Assembly: GCA_051003195.1 (NCBI GenBank)
Contig: JBPCLP010000045.1
Location: 32,001-96,000 of the forward strand
DNA length: 64,000 nt
Source: Candidatus Sumerlaeaceae bacterium
Lineage (GTDB): Bacteria; Sumerlaeota; Sumerlaeia; Sumerlaeales; Sumerlaeaceae
Direction: 5' to 3'
The notes under the pieces are model-generated. The model was not told where the DNA came from. It worked only from the letters and a program-made list of their open reading frames with translations, and did no database searches. This document shows, piece after piece, positions 40,785-50,786 of this stretch. The first letter of the stretch is position 1; each line of letters opens with the position of its first letter. The position numbers and the translations under genes were made by a program.

Positions 40785-41421
40785 TTAGTAACTAACTGCT
40801 TTCTATGGGTGATTAGTTTGCGCCGGGTCTAAACCCTACTTCCATGCATTCGGGCGGCGCAAGAAGAAACGCAACCAACTCTACCTGAACTAAGCCGGAT
40901 CTATTCAGTTGGTTACACTATTTACACCATTGTAATAATTAGACTTGCGTATACACTCCAACCTTCTTTGCGGCATAGAAGTAATTACTCTCCGACGGCT
41001 TGGAAAACGGGGGCATTTTACGCCCTGATCGCAAACGTTTTGCTTCGCGACACTGCTTCGGCCGAGCGCAGCCGCTTTAGTACATGAAGTGGCGCAATGC
41101 GAGTCAGCGGCAGGTCTATTAAGGCCCGTCTGCATTCCTTTTGCTGGAGCTCGAGCACTTCGGTGATTGGCACCTGATCTCCGGAGGACCATCAATGGTC
41201 CGAACTGCACAGCCATTTGGGAAACCTTATGCACTTTCAATTTACGACCCCTCAAGTGGTACCTCGAGTGCCGGCAAAATCTACCGCAGCCGCCGTGAAG
41301 CCCCTGGTTCCACCGTGGGTTTCTGGCTCTAGCGCAGCATAATTTCCTCTCGATAAGTCCGCATTGACAGCATTTTAGCGTATGTGCAGCGTAGCATCTT
41401 TGATTATTTGAGGGGAAGAAG

Positions 41422-41823
41422 TTGGAACTTAACGACCTGTTTACAAATACGGCTACTCTGATTGCGCAGAATGGTGGGGGTCCCGCACCGACACCAGGTG
41501 GCGGATTAATGCAGATGCTGCCGATGCTGGCCCTTGTCGGCCTGGCGTTTTATTTCATGATTTTGCGTCCGCAGAAACGCGACCAGCAAAAGATCCAGGA
41601 CATGCGCGGTGCTATTAAAAAAGGCGACCGGGTCAAATCCATCGGCGGAATCTACGGAACCGTCGCTTCAGTGGATACCTCTCGAAATGTAATTACTGTG
41701 CTCGTGGACAAGAACGTGAAGCTGGACTTCGACCGCGACGCTATAGCCACTGTGATCCGCAAGGAAGACGCGGCGTCTGACGCTGACAGCAAAGTTGAAA
41801 CTGCAGTGGCTGCATCGAAGTAG
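41422..41823 (+). CDS. yajC: Preprotein translocase subunit YajC
   Basis: FYFMILRPQKR...IKKGDRVKSIGGIYGTV. Confidence 0.93.
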   Translation: MELNDLFTNTATLIAQNGGGPAPTPGGGLMQMLPMLALVGLAFYFMILRPQKRDQQKIQDMRGAIKKGDRVKSIGGIYGTVASVDTSRNVITVLVDKNVKLDFDRDAIATVIRKEDAASDADSKVETAVAASK

Positions 41824-41837
41824 GCGGGCGGTATAGC

Positions 41838-42554
41838 ATGTCGTCCATTCAGGACATCCAGGATGTAAAAGCCCAGGCAGGGTTGGATCCCGCACGTGTA
41901 ACGGTGGAGCAGATCCGGAAGCACCCGGAGGTGCGGGCACTCATCGATCTCGCAGACGAATACCTGAACACCATTGGGTACACGGACCACGGTATCACGC
42001 ACGTAAGCCGAGTCGCTACGCGCGCATACAAGATACTCAAGGAGCTTGGCCGCCCCGAACGGGAAGCCGAACTGGCGCAGATTGCCGGCTATCTGCACGA
42101 CATCGGCAACGTTGTCCACCGGACAAATCACGCACAGTCGAGTGCACTCATGGCAATACCCATGCTGTCTAAACTCGGTATGTCGATGACTGAAATTGCG
42201 GTTGTTGCCGGGGCAATTGCAAACCATGACGAAACGGTCGGCGAGCCAGTGTCTAACCCCAGCGCTGCACTGATTCTCGCCGACAAGTCTGACGTGCTCC
42301 GTTCCAGAGTACGCAACCCCAAGATGATCAGCTTCGACATCCACGACCGGGTGAACTATGCTGCGGAAAAGAGCGAAATGTCGATGGATCGCGACAATCG
42401 TTTGATCACGTTGAAGTTAACAATTGATACATCCATAAGCCAGGTAATCGAATATTTTGAGATTTTCATGAGCCGCATGACGATGAGTCGCCGCGGTGCA
42501 AATTTCCTGAATTGTGACTTTCGGCTGATCATAAATGACGTTCAACTGATGTAA
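41838..42554 (+). CDS. HD-domain metal-dependent phosphohydrolase
   Basis: TDHGITH, LHDIGN, NHDE, LILADK. Confidence 0.9.
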   Translation: MSSIQDIQDVKAQAGLDPARVTVEQIRKHPEVRALIDLADEYLNTIGYTDHGITHVSRVATRAYKILKELGRPEREAELAQIAGYLHDIGNVVHRTNHAQSSALMAIPMLSKLGMSMTEIAVVAGAIANHDETVGEPVSNPSAALILADKSDVLRSRVRNPKMISFDIHDRVNYAAEKSEMSMDRDNRLITLKLTIDTSISQVIEYFEIFMSRMTMSRRGANFLNCDFRLIINDVQLM

Positions 42555-42692
42555 ACACCCCGATGTGCGTATAGCATTGACGTTTGGCCCGCAGCCGCAT
42601 TTTCAGCAGCTTCGAGTTAATAAGCTCCAAAACCTAAATAAAGACTACGACCCGACTGAATCGCGTGATGCAGGCGGCAACACAGGAGTACC

Positions 42693-45443
42693 ATGAACAA
42701 CAATAACCCGATGCGGATTGCCGTAGTTGCAGCAGTCGCACTGTTATCCCTTTGGTTGATCTATCCCACAATCCGCTACTTCCTCGCGGTTTCGGAGAAG
42801 TGGCCGGTACCGAGCCAATTGGCAGAGGCCGGGACCCCACAGCGCGTCGAGGCCGAAAGTAAACTCGATGATCTGCGGCGGGCCAGTGTGCCCCTTGGCC
42901 TCGATCTCCAGGGTGGCGTTGACGTTCTGCTGGCCGTGGATACGGCAAAGACACGCCAGTCGAAGGTCGAAGAATTCTCTGAACGTCTCGTCCAGGAATT
43001 CCGTCAGCAAAGCCCAACCATCGATGCGAAAGTTGAAGTCACTTCTGGTAGTGAGTCACTTCAGGTTACGCTGAACCGCTCTGAGCAAGAGCGCAGCGTG
43101 GACAACATCCTTACGCGCTTCAAAAATGACGGGGTCTTCAAAGATTATGCCTCCGGAAGCATCAAGGCTGGAACGCCTCTTCGTATCGATATCGACAAGC
43201 AGGCGCTCGACTACGACGTAACGAAGTCGGTCGATAGTTCTATTAAGGTACTCCGTGACCGAGTGGATGGACTTGGCGTTACGCAGCCGGTCGTAGCCAA
43301 GGAAGGCACCGACCGGATCCGTGTGCAGATACCAGGAGAGAAGGACCCGGAACGCGCACTTTCTAACATCATTCGTCCTGCAAAGCTGGAATTCCGCGGA
43401 GTATACTCGAAACCAGCTGGCACCGGACCGGACGGCAAGCCCGCGTTCATGGACGGCAGCAGTGAGATTGTCGATGTCCTGAGCGGTAAAGTGCTGGCGG
43501 GAAAACAAATCCCCTATGGTTACGAAGTGCGTAAACACAAGCGCCCGAAGAAGCGCGAGGAAACAACAACTGAAACGCAGTACACGTATATTCTTGTCAA
43601 GAAACGCTCCGAGCTGACCGGGGCGGCGTTGCGGGATGCGCGTACCAACATCAGCCAGGCCGGCCCAAACGCGGGCCAGTGGCAAGTCCTGGTTGAATTT
43701 AACAAGGACGGAGCGAAGCGCTTCGCTCAGATTTCCCAGGATTTCCTGTACAAGCAATTGGCTGTCATGCTCGACGGCGTAATCTACACGGCCCCAACGA
43801 TACAATCACACATCAGCGAAGGTAATTGCGAGATCACTGGAAGCTTTACGCAAGACGAGGCACACGATCTGAGCCTGGTTCTCAAGGCAGGTGCGCTTCC
43901 AGCCGAACTGGTGGCAAAAGACCGGCGTACGGTGGAAGCAACACTGGGCGCCGACTCCATAAAAGCTTCACTGTTTGCGCTGCTCGCTGGCAGCTTGCTG
44001 GTCGCGGCGTACATGATCGCTTATTACGGCATGGCGGGTGTAATTGCAGTAGTCGCCGTCTTCATCAACGTACTTCTGATTTTCGCCTTCATGCGGCTGG
44101 CCAGCGCGACACTGACGTTATCCGGCATTGGTGGTATTCTGCTGACCGTTGGTATGGCAGTCGACGCGAACATTTTGATCTACGAGAGAATCCGCGAGGA
44201 GATCAAATCGGGCAAAAATATGCGCGCTGCGATCATCACCGGTTTTAATCGTGCGTACTCGGTCATTTTTGATACGAACCTCACCACCTTAATCTCCGGC
44301 CTTATTCTGCTGCAATTCGGTGAAGGAAGCGTGAAGGGTTTCGCCCTCGCGCTGAACATCGGTATATTGGCGACACTGTTCACGGGTCTGTTTGTGACGA
44401 GAACACTTGTCGATCTATGGTTCAGCAAAACTGGAGGTTTGAATCTCGGCAAGTTCCAGTGGCTCCGGGATAATTTCAATTTCGACTTCATCGGGCTGCG
44501 CAAATACTCCTTCGCCTTTTCGGGAATTCTGTTCCTTGCATGCGCTCTCTATATTGGCGTTGCCGGTTCGAACTGGGGTGTCGATTTTGAGGGCGGTGTG
44601 CTCGCCGAAATCGAAACCACCAAGCAGGTCGCATCCCACGACGTGCAGGGCAAGTACTCCGACTGGCGTATCCAGAAGGTGGCTGGCAAAAACCGCTTTA
44701 TGGTCCGTGCGAAGACCGTAACGCAGGATCCGAACACTCAGCTGATCCAGACTCAGAAGGAAATCACCAATCGGCTGGACCAGACACTCGGCGCTGGCAA
44801 TTATACGGTGCTGGGAACGACGGCGGTTGGAACCGAGGTAGGAGCACAGTTTACCAGGCACGCAATCACTGCCTGCCTGGTCGGCTCGCTATGCATCCTT
44901 GGCTACCTGGCGTTCCGGTTCGAGTTTATGTTCGGACTCGCAGCCGTCATTGCTCTGTTCCACGATCTGATTATCACATACGGCTTGTATAACATGTTCG
45001 GGCGGCTCGACTGGGCGGGCGATGTGACGCTTGATGTTGTATCGGGACTGCTGGTGGTGCTCGGGTTCTCCGTGCACGATACCATTATCATTCTCGACCG
45101 CATTCGCGAAAACATGCGATTGCGGCCTGGCCTGAAATTCCGGGAGATCATAGATTTGAGTATCTCCGAGACCATGAATCGCACGATCTCGACCGTTAGC
45201 ACGGTTCTGCTCGTGCTGATTGTCATGCTGATATTCGGCGGTGGTGGTCTGCACGATTTCGCCCTCGTTCTTTTAATCGGAATTATCAAAGGTGCCTACT
45301 CGTCGAGTTTCATCGCAGCCCCGATTCTGTACGAATTGCATGAGCGGGCCCTCAGGAAGGGTAAGCATTTGAAGCTCCGCTCGCAGCGTCCGCAAAGCGG
45401 GGCGGGAGAACCGGGACGTAGAATGGCTGGTAGCAAGGCCTAG
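42693..45443 (+). CDS. secDF: Fused protein translocase SecD/SecF
   Basis: LGLDLQGG, LKAGALPA, GMAVDANILIYERIREE, GVDFEGG, GFSVHDTIIILDRIREN. Confidence 0.96.
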   Translation: MNNNNPMRIAVVAAVALLSLWLIYPTIRYFLAVSEKWPVPSQLAEAGTPQRVEAESKLDDLRRASVPLGLDLQGGVDVLLAVDTAKTRQSKVEEFSERLVQEFRQQSPTIDAKVEVTSGSESLQVTLNRSEQERSVDNILTRFKNDGVFKDYASGSIKAGTPLRIDIDKQALDYDVTKSVDSSIKVLRDRVDGLGVTQPVVAKEGTDRIRVQIPGEKDPERALSNIIRPAKLEFRGVYSKPAGTGPDGKPAFMDGSSEIVDVLSGKVLAGKQIPYGYEVRKHKRPKKREETTTETQYTYILVKKRSELTGAALRDARTNISQAGPNAGQWQVLVEFNKDGAKRFAQISQDFLYKQLAVMLDGVIYTAPTIQSHISEGNCEITGSFTQDEAHDLSLVLKAGALPAELVAKDRRTVEATLGADSIKASLFALLAGSLLVAAYMIAYYGMAGVIAVVAVFINVLLIFAFMRLASATLTLSGIGGILLTVGMAVDANILIYERIREEIKSGKNMRAAIITGFNRAYSVIFDTNLTTLISGLILLQFGEGSVKGFALALNIGILATLFTGLFVTRTLVDLWFSKTGGLNLGKFQWLRDNFNFDFIGLRKYSFAFSGILFLACALYIGVAGSNWGVDFEGGVLAEIETTKQVASHDVQGKYSDWRIQKVAGKNRFMVRAKTVTQDPNTQLIQTQKEITNRLDQTLGAGNYTVLGTTAVGTEVGAQFTRHAITACLVGSLCILGYLAFRFEFMFGLAAVIALFHDLIITYGLYNMFGRLDWAGDVTLDVVSGLLVVLGFSVHDTIIILDRIRENMRLRPGLKFREIIDLSISETMNRTISTVSTVLLVLIVMLIFGGGGLHDFALVLLIGIIKGAYSSSFIAAPILYELHERALRKGKHLKLRSQRPQSGAGEPGRRMAGSKA

Positions 45444-45561
45444 CCAGGCAGGATTCAGCATTGAGGGCGGCTGATTATCAGCCGCCCATTGCCTGCGTCG
45501 CAATTCACTTTGTCTGAATGCCGGTTGAATTGTGATTTTTGCAGTATGTAACGTTGCTCAA

Positions 45562-46170
45562 ATGTCCTCCCGAAAACCCTCAAGCCTCCAGGTCGGATTT
45601 GATGTGTTCGAGAGGCACGCCGAGTATCAACTTGCTCAGCTGGAACGACTTTTGCGGGCGAGTAAGGCCCTGGACGAGGCTGGCCTTTTATATGGGATTG
45701 TCGGAGGTCAGGCAGTAGCGGCGCACGTTTCCACAGTTGACCCGGATGCGGTGCGATCCACCCGCGATGTGGACATGTTGATCCGGCGTGACGATCTGTC
45801 TCAAATCAAGCTAGCGCTGGCATCAGCCGGATTTCACTACCGTCATGTTGCAGGATTGGATATGTTCCTGGATGGCCCGCATGGCAAACCATCCAGTGGA
45901 ATTCACCTGGTATTTGCGGGCGAGCGCGTTCGCGCGGAAAACAAAACCGCGGCCCCCAATATAACCGAGACTCTACAATCTCAGAGCGGATTCAAGGTCA
46001 TCACTTTGGATGCGCTTGTACGGATGAAATTGACAAGTTACCGCCTTAAAGACCAAGTACACCTGCAGGACCTTATTGGCGTGGGCCTCATTGATGGCTC
46101 ATGGCCAGCCCTGTATCCGTCACCATTGCGCGAGCGCTTGCAGGCGGTTATCGACAACCCGGATGGATAG
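45562..46170 (+). CDS. Nucleotidyltransferase-superfamily protein (AbiEii-like)
   Basis: IVGGQAVAAH, RSTRDVD, LVRMKL...RLKDQVHL. Start placed at ATG 45562. Confidence 0.75.
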   Translation: MSSRKPSSLQVGFDVFERHAEYQLAQLERLLRASKALDEAGLLYGIVGGQAVAAHVSTVDPDAVRSTRDVDMLIRRDDLSQIKLALASAGFHYRHVAGLDMFLDGPHGKPSSGIHLVFAGERVRAENKTAAPNITETLQSQSGFKVITLDALVRMKLTSYRLKDQVHLQDLIGVGLIDGSWPALYPSPLRERLQAVIDNPDG

Positions 46171-46314
46171 CCTGCATTGTCGCGATTTGCGGCAAACACT
46201 TTTCTCCCTCAATGGCCGCCCTCTGCATAGCTTGTTACTTTGGCGTTGAATCCCTTGCAATTGCTCGCTGCCAACCTGTGGCTGAGCTTCCATTTTCGCC
46301 AATGGAGGCATTGA

Positions 46315-48396
46315 ATGAAGGATTTTCCGACTGCACAGATTCGTAACGTCGCCCTCGCCGGGCACTCACATTCGGGTAAGACGTCGCTGTTGGAGGCGAT
46401 TCTCTATAACCTGAAGGTCACGGATCGCCTCGGGCGGACGGAAGATGGAACCACTGTTTCGGATTACGATGCCGAGGAAGTCCGCAGGCAAATCTCTATT
46501 AATGCTTCGTTGGTCCCAGTCGAACATCGTACGCATAAAATTAATTTTATCGATGTGCCGGGCACCCGTGATTTCATTGGCGAAATGCGCAACGCAGTCC
46601 GGGTAGCTGACGCCATGGTAATCATGGTTGATGCCACCAGCGGTGTCGAAGTCGGTACGGAGCTCGCCTATGATCTGGCGGAAGAGTTCAAGCTGCCGCG
46701 GATGTTTGTTATAAATAAAATCAACCATGATCGCGCCACTTTTGAAAAACCTTTGCAGCAAATCCGCGATACATTCGGCTGCAATACCGTCCTGCTCAAC
46801 TTCCCGTACGGCGAGGCCACTGCATTCAAGGGGTGCATTAATCTACTCCGAATGAAGCTCGGCGCCGGTGACGCAGGAAAGGTGAACTACTCAGACATTC
46901 CTTCCGATCTAGCCGATCGAGCCAACGAGCTCCGGGCGTCGCTCATTGAGGCCGCTGCCGAAGGCGACGACGAGCTCACGGCAAAGTTCCTGGACGGAGA
47001 GACATTGACCGAGGGCGAAGTACTGCGTGGGTTAAAGGAAGACCTGCTCGAGCATCGTATTTGTCCTGTCATCACTGCCAGCGCGACGGAGGGCGCAGGG
47101 TGCATGGGATTGCTGGACTTCATTATCGAGTGTTTCCCCGCTCCGGGCGAAGAAGGGCCCTTCAAGGCGCGAGACGTAAAGGGCAATCGCGACTTCGAAC
47201 TGAAGTATGACCCAGATGGGCCGACGGCCGCGTTCGTATTTAAGACTGTAAGCGATCCGTTCGCTGGTCATTTAAGTTTCTTCAAGGTTCTGAATGGCAC
47301 TGTGAAAAATGATACCGTGCTATTGAACACCACGCGTGGCGCCGAGGAGCGGATTAATCATCTGCAAACCATGCGCGGAAAAAAACCCGACCCGGTGGAA
47401 ATGGTGCCTACTGGCGACATCGGCGTGCTATCCAAGCTGAACCACACGCACACAAATGATACGCTGTGCGATTCAAAGGCGCCCGTGCGCGTCGACCCAA
47501 CCGGTGTACCACCGCACACCATTCACATGGCAATCCGCGCCAAGAGCAAAGAAGACGAAGAACGCATTGGCATCGCCATGCATCGCCTTATTGAGCAGGA
47601 TCCCACTCTGCACATTCACCGCGATTCAGCTATCCACCAGACGATTCTCAGCGGTATGGGTGATACGCACCTCGATGTTGCGGTCAGCCGGCTCAAAGCG
47701 CAGAGCAAGGTGGAAGTGGAACTGGAAAAGCCGCGGGTTGCCTACCGCGAAACCATTACCAAAAAAGCAGAGGGCCAGGGTAAGCACAAGAAACAGAGCG
47801 GTGGTCGCGGCCAGTATGGCGACTGCTGGATAAAGTTGGAACCATTGCCGGAAGGCAGCGGTTTCGAATTCGCATGGGCAGTGGTCGGTGGTGCGGTTCC
47901 CACTAAATACCAGCCATCGGTCGAAAAAGGCCTGCACCAGGCGCTCGAACGTGGCATTATCAGCGGGCATCGCGCCGTGGATATCAAGGCAGTGTGCTAC
48001 GACGGCAGCTACCACACGGTTGATTCAAGTGACATGGCATTTCAGGTGGCCGCCTCAAAAGCCTTCAAGAATGTCGCGAAGCAAGCCGGGCCCATTATCC
48101 TGGAGCCGATTTTTCGCCTAAAGGTAAACGTCCCGGAGCAGTATATGGGCGATGTGATGGGCGGCTTAAATAGCAAGCGGGGCAAGATACTGGGTATGGA
48201 CTCCGAGGGACGACGCCAGATCATCACAGCGCATGTTCCGCAATCCGAGATATTCGAGTACTCCAAGGAACTGCGCTCAATAACGCAGGGCCGTGGCACC
48301 TTTGAGGCCGAGTACCACCACTACGAGCGCGTTCCAGCCGACCTTCAGGCTAAGATCATAGCTGCCTCTGCACCCGAGGCTGCAGAAGAGGATTAA
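46315..48396 (+). CDS. fusA: Elongation factor G paralogue (EF-G2-like)
   Basis: All five EF-G domains (SGMGDTHL, KKQSGGRGQYG, DGSYHTVDSSDMAF, LRSITQGRG), but divergent G motifs GHSHSGKT, RQISI, DVPGT, NKIN. Not in the str operon. Confidence 0.9.
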   Translation: MKDFPTAQIRNVALAGHSHSGKTSLLEAILYNLKVTDRLGRTEDGTTVSDYDAEEVRRQISINASLVPVEHRTHKINFIDVPGTRDFIGEMRNAVRVADAMVIMVDATSGVEVGTELAYDLAEEFKLPRMFVINKINHDRATFEKPLQQIRDTFGCNTVLLNFPYGEATAFKGCINLLRMKLGAGDAGKVNYSDIPSDLADRANELRASLIEAAAEGDDELTAKFLDGETLTEGEVLRGLKEDLLEHRICPVITASATEGAGCMGLLDFIIECFPAPGEEGPFKARDVKGNRDFELKYDPDGPTAAFVFKTVSDPFAGHLSFFKVLNGTVKNDTVLLNTTRGAEERINHLQTMRGKKPDPVEMVPTGDIGVLSKLNHTHTNDTLCDSKAPVRVDPTGVPPHTIHMAIRAKSKEDEERIGIAMHRLIEQDPTLHIHRDSAIHQTILSGMGDTHLDVAVSRLKAQSKVEVELEKPRVAYRETITKKAEGQGKHKKQSGGRGQYGDCWIKLEPLPEGSGFEFAWAVVGGAVPTKYQPSVEKGLHQALERGIISGHRAVDIKAVCYDGSYHTVDSSDMAFQVAASKAFKNVAKQAGPIILEPIFRLKVNVPEQYMGDVMGGLNSKRGKILGMDSEGRRQIITAHVPQSEIFEYSKELRSITQGRGTFEAEYHHYERVPADLQAKIIAASAPEAAEED

Positions 48397-48579
48397 GCGG
48401 AGTTCGTTAGCGAACCACGCTGCCAAAAACGTTCCTTTTGGTGCGGCTACAACAGGCGCATTGACCGGCATGCCACTCGTCGAAGCTGCATAGCTTACTG
48501 TTCGGAAACGACTTACATGCGTTTTTCCCAACCTGGTAAGTGGTGGCTTATCTATTGCACAGAGTGGCGCAAAGTTTAC

Positions 48580-48670
48580 GAAGATCCGTGGGATCTTCAG
48601 AATTCTGCGAGAGGGAAGCCGCAGAAGAGGGGCTGAATCCAAGCGCGAGGGATTCGGCCCCTCGTCTTTT
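48580..48670 (+). ncRNA. Candidate small RNA: three tandem hairpins ending in a U-rich tail
   Basis: Stems GAAGATCC/GGATCTTC, TTCTGCG/CGCAGAA and GAGGGGCTGAATCC/GGATTCGGCCCCTC followed by GTCTTTT. Strand uncertain. Confidence 0.4.
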
Positions 48671-48697
48671 AGTTCGGGCCGACTCTAGGCCAAGGTC

Positions 48698-48718
48698 TGG
48701 TAAGGAACTACTGATTCG
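48698..48718 (+). repeat. 21-bp direct repeat, copy 1
   Basis: TGGTAAGGAACTACTGATTCG, identical to 51229-51249. Confidence 0.9.
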
Positions 48719-48898
48719 ACACCTAGGGACGGATTGGCACTATTCCTGCCCTTAATGCCTCATCTTTGCAGCATGCGAGGTTGAGAATGGCGCTCGGTTG
48801 CTCCCCATTCTCCCAATCGCGCTGAATGGGAAGAAAACATAACACAATGGTGAGTTGTCCTATACTTGTATTGAAACCATGAAGACGAGGATGCACAC

Positions 48899-49606
48899 GT
48901 GCGTACACTGAAGACTTTGTTAATAGCCTCGGCAGTTGTGGGGGCAGGCATCACGACAAACGCGCAGGTGGTCTCTACACCCGCGCCGCCGATCGTGATT
49001 GGGCTTCCGGCGGGAGCGACATATCCGCAGGTCGTAAGCAGCAATCCGACCAACGGCAGTAAGGGTGTGACTCCCGGCTCGCGACAGATCATCATTAATT
49101 TTGATCAGCCAATGAACACTGCAACCTTCTACTGGCAGGCGCCAGCAAACCTGCCGCTGACTCAAACACCGTATTGGACCAACGGCAACAAGACGTTCAC
49201 CATTCCAGTGCAATTGCAGAACAATACGACCTACCAGATCCCGCTGAATGCAAGCGACCAGGCATTCAAAAGTGCCCAGGGCGTACCTTTGCCGTCCGGA
49301 TACATCACCTTTACAACGGGACAGGGCGGAGTCGTAGCACCACGCACTCGCAGGGGCGGTGTGCCGACTCCCGCCGGGGGCGTTAACATGCCCTCCGCTG
49401 GTGGCACCTTCAACAACGTCCCCACGAACAACCCCGGGATTAGATCGGGAACATCGGCTGCGCGCCCGGCTGGAGCGCCGAAGCAGCCCCAGCAGACTCC
49501 AACCTTTGGTTCACCATCCGGGCCGACGAACACACCGGGCCCACAATTTAAAGGCAGTAGCAGCGTTCGGAGCCGTTCAGCGACCCCAACTCCGCGACCC
49601 CAGTAA
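48899..49606 (+). CDS. Secreted Ig-like (Big_5/SbsA-like) domain protein with a P/T/G-rich tail
   Basis: Signal peptide; PQVVSSNPTNGSKGV...INFDQPMN...L.NNTTY...ITFTTG. Confidence 0.78.
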   Translation: MRTLKTLLIASAVVGAGITTNAQVVSTPAPPIVIGLPAGATYPQVVSSNPTNGSKGVTPGSRQIIINFDQPMNTATFYWQAPANLPLTQTPYWTNGNKTFTIPVQLQNNTTYQIPLNASDQAFKSAQGVPLPSGYITFTTGQGGVVAPRTRRGGVPTPAGGVNMPSAGGTFNNVPTNNPGIRSGTSAARPAGAPKQPQQTPTFGSPSGPTNTPGPQFKGSSSVRSRSATPTPRPQ

Positions 49607-49790
49607 GCGGACGATGGGCCACTAAAGCAGCTTACGGAACAGTCCAAACATCCTGGTGTGGTCTCCCGTTAGTTCGTAATCAGTTCTGTGTGCCCAATAG
49701 GATGCACATATGCCGGCTTCCAAGCCGTCGGCAATTGCCCAACTCGAAAGCACTGCACTAACGGTGAAACATAATAGAACTGCGTAGTTC

Positions 49791-50780
49791 TTAATAGGTC
49801 TGACGCGAATCACCGTGCGGGGTTATAAGCTCTCGAGTATCAGATGTAGTTTGTATGACAGCATCGACGGAAAGGACAGGTAAGATAGCAGTTGAATTGT
49901 ATAACCCGTTCCATATGACTCCCTTGCCGTAGAAATTGTTAATTCTAAAAAAAAAGCTGACCGGCGTTGGCTGGCTTGAAAAGCTCTCTGCCGGTATTTC
50001 GATAGCGTTTTGATAACCATCAGCTGGGGCGATATCCAAGCCGGGCGGAAACGTTCCGAATCTAGAATCTGGTTGGCTTGAGGCAATTTGAATACCATCA
50101 GTCGTCATATTGCTGCATACCCGCAATTGAGCATGTAATGAGTCCAATGAACCGTGGGAAACATGCTCGCTTGACTTGTCCACAATAAGCAAAGCACCGA
50201 AACTGGGTCGAAGCTCTGTGCCATACGGATACTCAAGTTCAGTTGAAGCAGTAGTCAAAAACAGCCAATCCAAACGATACTTGTTGGATGTCGTGTTAAC
50301 AACCAAGGCATTAACTTTCGCATTATTTCCCTCACCTAAGAGTCCGTGAATTTTCGATAATTTCGGTACTCTTTGCTTAGGCCAGAGTATTACGTTTTTT
50401 TGCCAGATGCGACATAATGGGTCAGTGGATGACCTATCACCACCTGATGTGCTGATTTCAAATTCAGACGAAAAGTATCCCGGTTTGCTGAAGCGCAATC
50501 CTAACCCACCCATTTTGGATCGGAGAACATCAAAATGGCCGTCAACCTTAGTTCTAGTCCTCTCTTGCCCCATATCCTGCTCACTCGGTCCATACAAACG
50601 GATGTCGCATCTGACATCGGTCAAAGTGTTTCCGGCCGGATCTACAATGTTACCGATCGCATGAATGTGTTGGGCCAGCGGCAGCTGCGAAATAGTCGGA
50701 TCATCCGCATACAGTGGAGCTGATAGCAGAAGAACTATACTAAAACAGATGACAAATAATGATAACAACTTCATCTTCAA
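49791..50780 (-). CDS. Exported hypothetical protein in an AT-rich islet (carboxypeptidase-regulatory-like N-terminal domain; candidate immunity protein)
   Basis: Signal peptide ending PLYA; GNIVDPAGNTL...DGHF...FSKPGYF; composition visibly AT-richer than the flanks. Confidence 0.7.
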   Translation of the reverse strand: MKMKLLSLFVICFSIVLLLSAPLYADDPTISQLPLAQHIHAIGNIVDPAGNTLTDVRCDIRLYGPSEQDMGQERTRTKVDGHFDVLRSKMGGLGLRFSKPGYFSSEFEISTSGGDRSSTDPLCRIWQKNVILWPKQRVPKLSKIHGLLGEGNNAKVNALVVNTTSNKYRLDWLFLTTASTELEYPYGTELRPSFGALLIVDKSSEHVSHGSLDSLHAQLRVCSNMTTDGIQIASSQPDSRFGTFPPGLDIAPADGYQNAIEIPAESFSSQPTPVSFFFRINNFYGKGVIWNGLYNSTAILPVLSVDAVIQTTSDTRELITPHGDSRQTY

Positions 50781-50786
50781 TTTATC

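Noticed and set aside
40785..41421. 640-nt gyrB/yajC gap as an ncRNA, c-di-GMP riboswitch or small gene
   Set aside because: Only fragmentary matches (GGGTCTAA); the ORFs lack RBS or motifs; most simply divergent promoters.
48629..48660. GGGGCTGA...GGATTCG resembling a tmRNA 5' end
   Set aside because: It pairs locally as a hairpin, and no T-arm/CCA 3' end or tag frame follows.
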